A stretch of 64,000 nt of DNA, taken from contig NC_092347.1 in NCBI RefSeq assembly GCF_963676685.1, positions 310,001 through 374,000 of the forward strand, in the 5' to 3' direction. The notes under the pieces are model-generated. The model was not told the origin of the DNA and made no database searches. It saw only the letters and a program-made list of their open reading frames with translations. Positions 14,135 through 25,100 of the stretch are shown piece after piece. The position numbers and the translations under genes are program-made. The DNA is from Mytilus edulis. Lineage: Eukaryota. How positions within the stretch are numbered: the stretch's first letter is position 1; each line of letters begins with the position of its first letter.

Positions 14135-15485
14135 ATATAGACGAAATTCGGATGCTCAAATTTGGCAAATTATTGACAGTTTTAGCCATTTGTTGTCCCC
14201 AATTTTTACAACAATCCACCAGCCACAAGACCTGTTTTGATTACGATTTAAATCCGATATGGAATGTTTTGGACATGTTAGGTAGCTAAACAGACATAGG
14301 AAAAAACTAAAAATTGCCACTCATAGTTTTGACCACCCTCTTACCTTTGTCACAATTATTTTAGCATTCATTAAATTATAATTTCTGTTTATATTTGCTT
14401 TGTCTCTTAAAGCTTAATTGAATGTGAAGTCCTAACAGGCTACATCTGTTTTGGTCCGTAATCTCTACTTGTAACATTTGTCAGTTAAAAAGATTTGGTG
14501 TTTTACTGTTTATAGGTATATATAAAAATAATCTTTGAATTATAGAATATAAAATGATAAATTCATCCTTTGCATTATTATAGCACATGTTATAGAGTTT
14601 GAACTGTTCAACTTTGTAATGACATCATTCACTTTAAAGATAGTAAAGTCCTCATAGGTTGCAAAGATTTATTTGAAGTAGAACATTTAGAGAAACTAAT
14701 TACTTGGTTTAAAGTTATTTACAGTGCTTTGAACACAATTTTACAACAGTCGGTCGAACAATAAAAGAACCTCCAAAAACCTCCTCTCAACTACGGTTTA
14801 TGTTTTATGGACAGGCATTAACGATAGCAATTAGTCAGATCCCAGTGAACCTAGTTAAATTGTGATGAGATATATAATGTAAGCTTCTTAACATTTAATT
14901 TGAAATAAGCATTGATGAAAAGAATGTGCAGAGAAATATAATAAAACGGAATAAGGTTGATGAGTACAATCAATTTGTTTACTATTTTGTTATTAAACTA
15001 ATTAAGTGTTACATCATATTAAGTTTGTCGTATCTAAAGTATTATTAGTAAGTACATGTAACATTGGCAAAGTCAAAACACGATTTCAATGGGAAAAAAT
15101 GTTTATATCTAAATATGAATCTATTAGATGACAAATATTTAGGACTGTTATTTGAACCATCTGGTATTTTCACAAGTGTTATACATTTCCTTTGTAGAAA
15201 AGCCTTTAAGGTACATTTGTAACAAATGTTTGCTTATTGTATTCTGACAGATGGTTTTATTTCTATGTGAAATTTCCAGTAAGGTTTTGTTTTATTCCAA
15301 TTACAAACTACTGTAGTGCTACATGATTACCTTATTATATATAATATTCTGAAGAACACAAAAATGTATTTGAATACTAATCTATCAATGGAACCAGTAA
15401 CACTTCAAATCACAAAGATTCTCGTTGAAGTGAAATCAAATATGGTTAATATACACGTTTTTTTTTTTTTTTTTATAAATGTTAA

Positions 15486-16145
15486 AGGGGCATTAGCTAC
15501 GAGATAGATAACAATTCTAATATATTATTTGTTTTGCTCAATCATTAATGAAATGCAAATAGTGAAATAATAATTCGCTTTTAGCAGCCAGTATGGTTCA
15601 ATTTTGTCAAAATATACAAACATTGATTATGAATTATTCACTTGCCAGTAAATAATTGGACCTCATTGAATCCGTATTCATGTGAACTTCAATTTAACCC
15701 CTTAGCTTGAATGGATACACGTGAATTGTGTGTGTAAAGTTATTTAAAGAAAAAGAATGTCAACATTGAAAGTGCAACAAAGGTAAAGCATTTGATTGAC
15801 TTATTCGATCCACAAAAATCATTCTTATACAGGTAAAAAATTATGATAAACATTTATTTTGTATCTATAATATGAAATTAAACAGACCTACAAAAATCCA
15901 ACAGCACGAGTTTGCTTAATCTATTCATATCTATATGTATGTTTACATCGCTTATATGGTCATCGGATGACTTTACAGGTCAACTCATAGTAAATTAGAT
16001 GGCGTATAGACTAAAATACACATGAAACGAAGCTACGTATGTTCATGCCCTTGTCCTGTTAATTGATTATTTTTAATAGGTTGGATAAATGTTTTACATT
16101 GTTATCAATCAAATTATGAACATGAATTTGACAGCTAGTGCCCCT
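15486..16145 (+). mobile_element. Kolobok-like MITE (TTAA target)
   Basis: TTAA-AGGGGCATTAGCT...AGCTAGTGCCCC-TTAA; same family as 36843-37474 and 48074-48756. Confidence 0.85.
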
Positions 16146-16276
16146 TAAACTCTGAACTGAATGTTGTCATTTTTTGATAATCCAAGTTTTTTTCTTAAAA
16201 TCTTTTTTTTTTCTGTGATGATCAAGAAGGTTTAAAAAAAAAAGTAACTACATGTAAATACTTATGAAAATAGGTT

Positions 16277-16347
16277 TGCTGTTGTTTTTTATTTGGTCGG
16301 GTTGTTGTCTCTTTGACACATTCCCCATTTCCATTCTCAATTTTATT
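16277..16347 (+). mobile_element. About 70-bp 3'-terminal insertion of family X
   Basis: Nearly identical to the reverse complement of 21143-21212. It is absent at the homologous site in arm B (about 36706-36712). Confidence 0.85.
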
Positions 16348-16568
16348 AAACCAGTATAATTAAAGTAATTGACATGAGAAGGACAATTTAGGTAAGAGCG
16401 TACAAAAAATGTAAAGTTAAGTATGAATCAACATAGTATCTGAGTGTGTGAGATTTATATCCCAGGCATAGATTACCTTAGCCGTATTTGGCACAACTTT
16501 TTGGAATTTTGGATCCTCAATGCTCTTTAACTTTTTACTTGTTTGGCTTAATAAATATTTTGATATGA

Positions 16569-16612
16569 GCGTCACTGATGAGTCTTATGTAGACGAAACG
16601 CGCGTCTGGCGT
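16569..16612 (+). ncRNA. Type I hammerhead ribozyme, copy 1
   Basis: GCGTCA-CTGATGA-GTCT(TATGT)AGAC-GAA-ACGCGCGT-C-TGGCGT: canonical core, 4-bp stem II, palindromic stem III, GUC cleavage triplet. Confidence 0.92.
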
Positions 16613-16922
16613 ACTAACTTATAATCCTGGTACCTTTGATAACTATTTACACCACTGGGTCGATGCCACTGCTGGTAGACGTTTCGTCCCCGAGGGTATC
16701 ACTAGCCCAGTAGTCAACACTTCGGTGTTGACATGAATATCAATTATGTGGTCATTTTGACAAACTTCCTGTTAACAAAACTTTGAATTTTTCGAAAACT
16801 AAGGATTTTCTTATCCCAGGCATAGATTACCTTAGCCGTATTTGGCACAACTTTTTGGAATTTTGGATCCTCAATGCTCTTTAACTTTTTACTTGTTTGG
16901 CTTAATAAATATTTTGATATGA

Positions 16923-16966
16923 GCGTCACTGATGAGTCTTATGGAGACGAAACGCGCGTCTGGCGT
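16923..16966 (+). ncRNA. Type I hammerhead ribozyme, copy 2
   Basis: Same as copy 1, with loop II TATGG. Confidence 0.92.
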
Positions 16967-17276
16967 ACTAAATTATAATCCTGGTACCTTTGATAACTTT
17001 TTACACCACTGGGTCGATGCCACTGCTGGTGGACGTTTCGTCCCCGAGGGTATCACCAGCCCAGTAGTCAACACTTCGGTGTTGACATGAATATCAATTA
17101 TGTGGTCATTTTGACAAACTTCCTGTTAACAAAACTTTGAATTTTTCGAAAACTAAGGATTTTCTTATCCCAGGCATATATTACCTTAGCCGTATTTGGC
17201 ACAACTTTTTGGAATTTTGGATCCTCAATGCTCTTCAACTTTTTACTTGTTTGGCTTAATAAATATTTTGACATGA

Positions 17277-17320
17277 GCGTCACTGATGAGTCTTATGGAG
17301 ACGAAACGCGCGTCTGGCGT
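17277..17320 (+). ncRNA. Type I hammerhead ribozyme, copy 3
   Basis: Same as copy 1, with loop II TATGG. Confidence 0.92.
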
Positions 17321-17630
17321 ACTAAATTATAATCCTGGTACCTTTGATAACTATTTACACCATTGGGTCGATGCCACTGCTGGTGGACGTTTCGTCCCCG
17401 AGGGTATCACCAGCCCAGTAGTCAACACTTCGGTGTTGACATGAATATCAATAATGTGGTCATTTTTACAAACTTCCTGTTAACAAAACTTTGAATTTTT
17501 CGAAAACTAAGGATTTTCTTATCCCAGGCATAGATAACCTTAGCCGTATTTGGCACAACTTTTTGGAATTTTGGATCCTCAATGCTCTTCAACTTTTTAC
17601 TTGTTTGGCTTAATAAATATTTTGATATGA

Positions 17631-17674
17631 GCGTCACTGATGAGTCTTATGCAGACGAAACGCGCGTCTGGCGT
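17631..17674 (+). ncRNA. Type I hammerhead ribozyme, copy 4
   Basis: Same as copy 1, with loop II TATGC. Confidence 0.92.
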
Positions 17675-17712
17675 ACTTAATTATAATCCTGGTACCTTTG
17701 ATAACTATTATA

Positions 17713-17955
17713 GAGATAAAATCACCATATTTTATGTGTAAGTTGTTTGAAGATACAATCACCATATTAAATGTGTGAGATATATAAAGATGAAATCACT
17801 ATATTATAAGTGTGGGATATATAAAGATAAAATCACCATATTTTATGTGTAAGTTGTTTGAAGATACAATCACCATATTAAATGTGTGAGATGTATAAAG
17901 ATAAAATCACCATATTATATATGTGGGATATATACAGATAAAATCACCATATTAT
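17713..17955. repeat. About 38-bp degenerate minisatellite
   Basis: AGATAAAATCACCATATT core is repeated; an inverted, longer counterpart lies at 36283-36600. Confidence 0.85.
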
Positions 17956-19751
17956 ATATACATCAATTGAGTATTTCACATTGATGGATTTCATTTTCTT
18001 TTCACTGACTGACATTTAACTAAATATAGCTGCAGTGGTTGGTATGATTTAATTGTTTATTTCTGTTTATGGGTCATTATCAAAAAAACATGCAAAACTA
18101 TGTTATGGGGTCTTTTTAAGTCACAGACATGAAAATATATCAAAATAACACTTGCATATGTTAGATATGAATGTTTTGTGATACACAATATACTGTTTAC
18201 AGTATGAAATGTTATAAAAACATCCTTAATGTTTTCTTAAACCCTTGAAGATAGCCAGAATTAACTGTTAATTTTACTATAAATCCTTTCAGACTTGAAA
18301 TAGGACTATTATTCATATCATTTGTTATTATGATTTATCACTTTTTATTGCATTTTGATACATACAAACATTTTTTTTGTGATTTTGGGAGGTGTATGTT
18401 GGTTTTATAATAAAAATTTTCACCAAAAGGAAATGTAACATTTTTTAAGTCCATGGTGTTACAAAAGGACAAATTAGTAGGATAAGAGTTATATTTTGCA
18501 AGATTTGGGCATTTACAACAGTTTCTCCCTTAGCAATGTTACCTGTAAGCATGTTATGCAAAAGAAAACAAACAATTATGTTGAAGATTTTTAGTGAAAA
18601 AATCGTAAAAGTAAGTAAAGGTTATATCGTAATTGGAAATAGTGTCCATGGTGTACCCTTTATAAAAATCATTTTTTGAAAACATTTCCTTAACTTTGAA
18701 TAATGAAACATATTGAATATGGAAACATGCACCAGTAAAAACATATAGAATAGGGGAATGGAGCAATTATTTCGTAACTGAATCTTAAAATACACCTTAA
18801 ATCATTGGTGTTACTGTCAATGGTGAGACATTCATGACAATCAGCATTGTTTTGTGTTTCTTTCGTGTTTAACAAGCTAAACATATTATTTATGAAAAAC
18901 AATACTATTTAACAATGTTTTAACAATATCATGTATTACATATACTCAGTTTTCACAAACTGATGCATGCTGGAAACACCAATGACACTATTTAGTAACA
19001 CTATTGACATTTTTAGTAATGGATGTTATGTTATATAATTTGAGATTTTTTAGCCTAAGAATTATTTTTTCATCTTTTTCTTTTGCTGGGTGATCTTGGC
19101 TTTGTATTCAGTACTTGATAAAGGTAAAATTTGAAATGTGATGTCATTGGTGATACTTTTGTGTCATTGGAGTTACTGAAGGGTCAGTGGTGTTACTATA
19201 TAAAAATGCGACATTTTTTAATCTTTATTCATAAATGAAAGTGTTTTTAGGTCGTGTACGAAGGATTAGGTATATTATTATCATTTAATTTTAATCTTAT
19301 ACAATTTTCATATATATTCAGTTTAAGTGTATTTTTTAGTATTTACAACGGCCATAATTAGGACAGCCAACTTGTTTACGACAATGTATTCTGAAATTTA
19401 TGTTTGAATAGAATGCACAGCTATATGAATAATGTCAATAAGTCGTAATTTAAACCTAAACAACAAATTATAACAGTTGTTTGAAGGCAAACAATAATAT
19501 TTAGTACCTAAATGTATGCTTTAAATTGGTAACACCATTGACATGATTCTTTCAAAGGATGACCTAAAATTGTTAAAATTGAAGAAACTTCATTTTTCCC
19601 ATTGCATATTTCTGAATATCGTTGCTACCATACTATAGAACAGCGGGACATATTTAAAAGTTTTAAACAATGACATCATTTTTCAAAATATTATCTCGTC
19701 GAAATTTGCACTTTTTTTTTATAATGACCATTATTAATCAATTGTTATGTT

Positions 19752-20222
19752 ATAAGAAGTAAAATCACAAAAATACTGAACTCAGAGGAAAATCAATTCG
19801 GAAAGTCCATAATCACATGGCAGAATCAAATAACAAAACACATCAAAATCGAATGGGCAAGAACTGTCATATTCCTGACTTGGAACAGGCATTTTCAAAT
19901 GTAGAAAATGATGGATTAAACCTGGTTTTATAGCGCTAACCCTCTCACTTTGGTGACAGTCTCATCAAATTCCGTTATATTTACATTGTTGCGTTAACTA
20001 AACAGACACAATAAATAAAATAGTCAAAATATGGGTACAGCAGTCATCATCGTGTAACAATTTTAAAAGGAACAATTTAACAGAACACAAAACATTTATC
20101 TACAAACACATTCATTGATTCGCGTGTCTGACGTCAGAAAATGTTATACGTCAAATATATTTGTCGTTTAATGTACATACAAACAATTTTAAAATTTCAC
20201 ATAGGCAATGTTAGCATACAGG
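19752..20222 (-). mobile_element. Retroelement-like 3' fragment carrying a twister fold
   Basis: Shares the GCCTGTYCCAAGTCAGGA module and layout with the 3' UTR of 21143-22193. Boundaries are approximate. Confidence 0.55.
19863..19960 (-). ncRNA. Putative type-P5 twister ribozyme
   Basis: Minus strand: ACUGUCA..GUGA-GAGGG-UU..GGUUU^AA-UCC-AU-C-AUUUUC(7)GAAAAU-G-CCUG-UUCCAAGU-CAGG-AAUA-UGACAGU. P5, P3 and P4 stems and both pseudoknots are formable; P2 is weak. Confidence 0.7.
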
Positions 20223-21377
20223 GAGAACTGATAGCACGCATTAATAAAACTACTATATATATATGCTTGTGTTGTAAATGTTAATGCCATATTCTTTTTT
20301 TTTCTTTTTTTCTTTACAATGATCGCCAATTACAATTTTTTTTTCGTTGTCCCTTGGTACTTTCTTGTGTTTTTCTGAACCAAGTTTTTTTCATTGCCTT
20401 TTGGTATATTTATTTTTATTTTTAAAAGGACTGTTTTTTTTTAAGATAATAGTATTTTCAACACATATTTAAAAGATAGCTTTTAATTACATAAAACCCC
20501 ATGAAAGTTCCAACATGCTGGATCATAATAATACGAGATATATACGATGGCAACCCTTAGAAAAGACATGATATTTATCAAAATAAAAGCCCAGAAAGAT
20601 GCTTTTAAAATGAACAACGATATACATCTAAAACTCGCTACGTCCTAAATGCATGCCTTAGTAATATATTTTGATTTGAATATCATAAATCTAAACCTTA
20701 CAACATACCACACGTTGCATACACAAACCACTGTTTTATGTTACCTTGTCTTTATAACTAATGGACATTAATCAAACTAGGTTCTTTGTAGTACATGGAG
20801 TCATCAAGATAATCAGACGCTATACTATTTACTTGAACCAGGCGAAACTAATAGGAATTATTCATTTAGTAACAATAAAACAAAAGATCGCTAATGTATA
20901 TGCTGATATTGGGAGCGTTTTATTCCACAATAAATCTAAAGTGTTCAATTTTGTTTTAAATATCTAATTTTATATAATAATTTGATAAAATGTTTTACAA
21001 TAACATTGTAATTCCTGATTGTCATCTAAATGACTGTATGTCAACAAATAGATCCCACTCGATAGATGTATCTGGAGGAATGCGGACTTAGTTGTGTGAT
21101 AAAGGTATCTAGCGAACTGCAGAGAATATGTTTAGTTATGGGATAAAAATGAGAATGGAAATGGGGAATGTGTCAAAGAGACAACAACCCGACCAAATAA
21201 AAAACAACAGCAGAGGGTCACCAACAGGTCTTCAATGTAGCGAGAAATTCCCTCACCCGGAGGTGTCCTTCAGCTGGCCCCTAAACAAATATATACCAGT
21301 CCAGTGATAATGAACGCCATACTAATTTCCAAATTGTACACAAGAAACTAAAATTAAAATAATACAAGACTAACAAA

Positions 21378-21468
21378 GGCCAGAGGCTCCTGACTTGGGA
21401 CAGGCGCAAAAATGCGGCTGGTTTAAACATGTTTGTGAGATCTCAACCCTCCCCCTATACCTCTAACC
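21378..21468 (-). ncRNA. Putative type-P5 twister ribozyme
   Basis: Minus strand: GGUUAGAGGU-AUA-GGGG-GAGGG-UU..AUGUUU^AA-ACCA-GC-C-GCA(UUUU)UGC-G-CCUG-UCCCAAGU-CAGG-A-GCCUCUGGCC. It matches the twister core (UAA, UCCCAAG loop 4, GAGGG). P2 has two mismatches in this copy. Confidence 0.78.
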
Positions 21469-21765
21469 AATGTAGAAAAGTAAACGCATAACAATACGCA
21501 CATTAAAATTCAGTTCAAGAGAAGTCCGAGTCTGATGTCAGAAGATGTAACCAAAGAAAATAAACAAAATGACAATAATACATAAATAACAACAGACTAC
21601 TAGCAGTTAACTGACATGCCAGCTCCAGACTTCAATTAAACTGACTGAAAGATTATGATTTCATCATATGAACATCAGGCACAATCCTTCCCATTAGGGG
21701 TTTAGTATCATACCATCATAACATATATGAGAAGAACATAACCCGTGTCATGCCAACAACTGTTT

Positions 21766-22193
21766 TTAGAATAAATGTGTTAAGTTCCGATGCAAAGACC
21801 TTATCAGTGACTCAATATTAACGCCAAAATATGCAATCTTTAATGACTTGACAACAGTATCGTAATTATATCCCTTCTTAATAAGTCTATTCAAAGGTTT
21901 TGTAAGTTTCTGAGGTGAATACTGACACCTTTGTGCTTTATAAAGAATATTTCCATAAAAAATTGGATGTGAAATACCTGAACGTATTAGAAGTCTGCAT
22001 GTTGAGCTATATTTACGAATGATGTCTTTATACCGATGATAAAATTTAGTAAATGTTTTGACTAGTTTAATTTGTGATATCGAAAACCCTGGTGTAATAA
22101 TTTTTCAGTAATACATAAATTTCTCTCGTTAAAATCTAAAACATTGTTACATACACGAGCGAATCGTACAAGTTGAGATATATAAACACCGTA
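21766..22193 (-). pseudogene. Penelope-like reverse transcriptase C-terminal (thumb) relic
   Basis: Manual translation YGVYISQLVRFARVCNNVLDFNERNLCITEKLLHQGFRYHK/LVKTFTKFYHRYKDIIRKY...HRNLTHLF*, with one frameshift near 22065. Homologous to YGVCISQLIRYSRAC in the ORF at 38769-39110. Confidence 0.85.
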
Positions 22194-22194
22194 A

Positions 22195-25100
22195 TAATTT
22201 ATTTGGCGGCTTGCAGAGACTTTGTTTGGTTACTGGTATGTGATCAATGTATCTGCCGGACTGAATTTGTTTAGTTATGTGATAAAGGTATCTTGCGGAT
22301 TTGTTTAGTTAAGTGATAAAGATATGTGGCGAACTGCAGAGAATAATTATGTTCAGTTATGGAATAAATGTATTTGGCGGCTTGCAGAGAATTTTTTTAG
22401 TGACTGGTACAAATGTATGTGATCAATGTATCTGGTGGATTGCATTAGTTTCGTTATCTGATAAAGGTATCATGTGGCGAACTGCAGAGAATATGTTAAG
22501 ATAAGGGGTAAATGTATTTGGCGGCTTGCAGAGAAAATGTTAAGTTACTGGTATGTGATCTATGTATCTGGCGGACTGCATTTATTTAGTTATGTGATAA
22601 ATGCATCTGGCGAACTGAGAACAGAGAATGTGTTTAGTTATGGGATAACTGTATTTGGAGGCTTGCAGAGAATATGTTTAGTTATGAGATAACTGTATTT
22701 GGCGGCTTGCCGAGAACTTGTTTAGTTACTGGTATGTAATCAATGTATCTGGCGAACTGCAGAGAATTTGTTAAGATATGTGATAAATGTATCTGGCGGA
22801 CTACAGAGAATTTGTTTAGTTATGCGGTCAATATGTATTTGGCGGACTGTAGAGAATTGTTTAGTTGTGGGGATAAATGCATTTGGTGAACTGCTGAGAA
22901 TTTGTTTAATGGTGTGATAAACGTATTATGCGAACTGCAGATGAATTGTTAAGTTATGTGTAAACTGGCGGACTGCTGAGGATAATTGAATTTATTTGAT
23001 CTGGTGGACTGCAAATGAATTGTTTAGTTGTGTAATCAATGTATCTGGCAGACTTCACATGATTTGTTTAGTTGTGTGATACATGCATCTGATGGACTGC
23101 AGAGGATATTTAGTTGTGTGGTACATGTATCTGATGGACTGCAGAGGATATGTTTAGTTGTGTGGTACATGTATCTGATGGACTGCAAAGGATATGTTTA
23201 GTTGTGTGGTACATGTATCTGTTGGTCTGCAGAGGATATGTTTAGTTGTAAGGTAAATGTGTCTGATGGACTGCAGAGGATATGTTTAGTTGTGTGGTAA
23301 ATGTATCTGATGGACTGTAGAGGATATGTTTAGTTGTAAGGTAAATGTGTCTGATGGACTGCAGAGGATATGTTTAGTTGTGTGGTAAATGTATCTGATG
23401 GACTGTAGAGGATATGTTTAGTTGTGAGGTAAATGTATCTGATGGACTGTAGAGGATATGTTTAGTTGTGTGGTAAATGTATCTGATGGACTGTAGAGGA
23501 TATGTTTAGTTGTGAGGTAAATGTATCTGATGGACTGCAGATTATATGTTTAGTTGTGTGGTAAATGTATCTGATGGACTGCAGAGGGTATGTTTAGTTG
23601 TATGGTAAATGTATCTATTGTTCTGCAGAGGATATGTTTAGCTGTGTGGTACATGTATCTGATGGGCTGCAGAGGATATGTTTAGTTGTGTAGTACATGT
23701 ATCTAATGGACTGCAGAGGATATCTTTAGTTGTGTGGTACATGTAATATCTGATGGTCTGCAGAGGATATGTTTAGTTGTGTGGTAAATGTATCTGATGG
23801 ACTACAGGGGATATGTTTAGTTGTTTGGTAAATGTATCTGATGGACTGCAGAGGATATTTAGTTGTGTGGTACATGTATTTGATGGACTGCAGAGGATAT
23901 CTTTAGTTGTGTGGTAAATGTATCTGATGGACTACAGGGGATATGTTTAGTTGTGTGGTAAATGTATCTGATGGACTGCAGAGGATATGTTTAGTTGTGT
24001 GGAAAATTTATCTGATGGACTGCAGAGGATATGTTTAGTTATGTTGTAAATGTATCTGGTGGTCTGCAGAGGATATGTTCAGTTGTGTGGTACATGTATC
24101 TGATGGTCTGCAGAGGATTTGTTTAGTTGTGTGGAAAATTTATCTGATGGACTGCAGAGGATATATTTAGTTATATTGTAAATGTATCTGGTGGTCTGCA
24201 GAGTATATGTTTAGTTGTGTGGTAAATGTATCTGATGGACTACAGGGGATATGTTTAGTTGTGTGTTACATGTATTTGATGGACTGCAGAGGATATGTTT
24301 AGTTGTGTGGTAAATGTATCTGATGGACTGCAGATTATATGTTTAGTTGTGTGGAAAATTTATCTGATGGACTGCAGAGGATATGTTTAGTTATGTTATA
24401 AATGTATCTGGTGGTCTGCAGAGGATATGTTCAGTTGTGTGGTACATGTATCTGATTGACTGCAGAGGATATGTTTAGTTGTGTGGTACATGTATCTGAT
24501 GGACTGCAAAGGATATCTTTAGTTGTGTGGTAAATGTATCTGGTGGTCTGCAGAGGATATGTTCAGTTGTGTGGTACATGTATCTGATGGTCTGCAGAGG
24601 ATATGTTTAGTTGTGTGGTACATGTAGCTGATGGACTGCAGAGGATATGTTTAGTTGTGTGGTAAATGTATCTGGTGTTCTGCAGAGGATATGTTTAGTT
24701 GTGTGGTACATGTATCTGATTGACTGCAGATGATATGTTTGGTTGTGTGGTAAATGTATCTGATGGACTGTAGATTATATCTTAAGTTGTGTGTTAAATG
24801 TATCTGATTGACTGCAGAGGATATGTTTAGTTGTGTGGTACATATATCTGATGGATTGTAGAGGATATGTTTAGTTGTGTGGTACATGTATCTGATGGAC
24901 TGCAGAGGATATGTTTAGTTGTGTGGTAAATGTATGTGATGGATTGTAGAGGATATGTTTTGTTGTGTGGTAAATGTATCTGATGGACTGCAGAGGATAT
25001 GTTTAGTTGTGTGGTACATGTATCTGGTGGTCTGCAAAGGATATGTTCAGTTGTGTGGTACATGTATCTGGTGGTCTGCAAAGGATATGTTCAGTTGTGT

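Larger units (their letters stand above)
16460..17707 (+). mobile_element. Non-LTR retrozyme: about 3.5 tandem 354-bp units, each with a type I hammerhead
   Basis: Exact 354-bp period, with GTC sites ending at 16606, 16960, 17314 and 17668. It is absent from arm B (empty site about 36596-36601) and flanked by TTATA on both sides. Confidence 0.92.
14468..17955 (+). repeat. Arm A of an inverted segmental duplication (partner 36283-39430)
   Basis: Colinear reverse-complement match, e.g. 15140-15470 vs 37490-37830 near-identical, and TAGCACATGTTATAGAGTT (14581) vs AACTCTATAACATGTGCTA (38461). Confidence 0.93.
21143..22193 (-). mobile_element. 5'-truncated Penelope-like retroelement (Naiad-type layout) inserted in the decayed edge of the 44-bp satellite
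   Basis: Contains the RT C-terminus at 21766-22193, then a non-coding 3' region with a twister fold, ending GGTCGGGTTGTTGTCTCTTTGACACATTCCCCATTTCCATTCTCATTTTTAT. The host unit GGGATAA|..TATTTGGCGG is split by it. Confidence 0.85.

Noticed and set aside
16744-17637. Three near-identical 61-71-aa ORFs
   Set aside because: Antisense to the retrozyme units, repeated only because of the tandem array, and with no recognisable domain.
21378-21468. HDV-like ribozyme reading of CCUG-UCCCAAGU-CAGG
   Set aside because: No consistent P1, P2 or J4/2 across the two families; the twister topology explains all the conserved nucleotides better.
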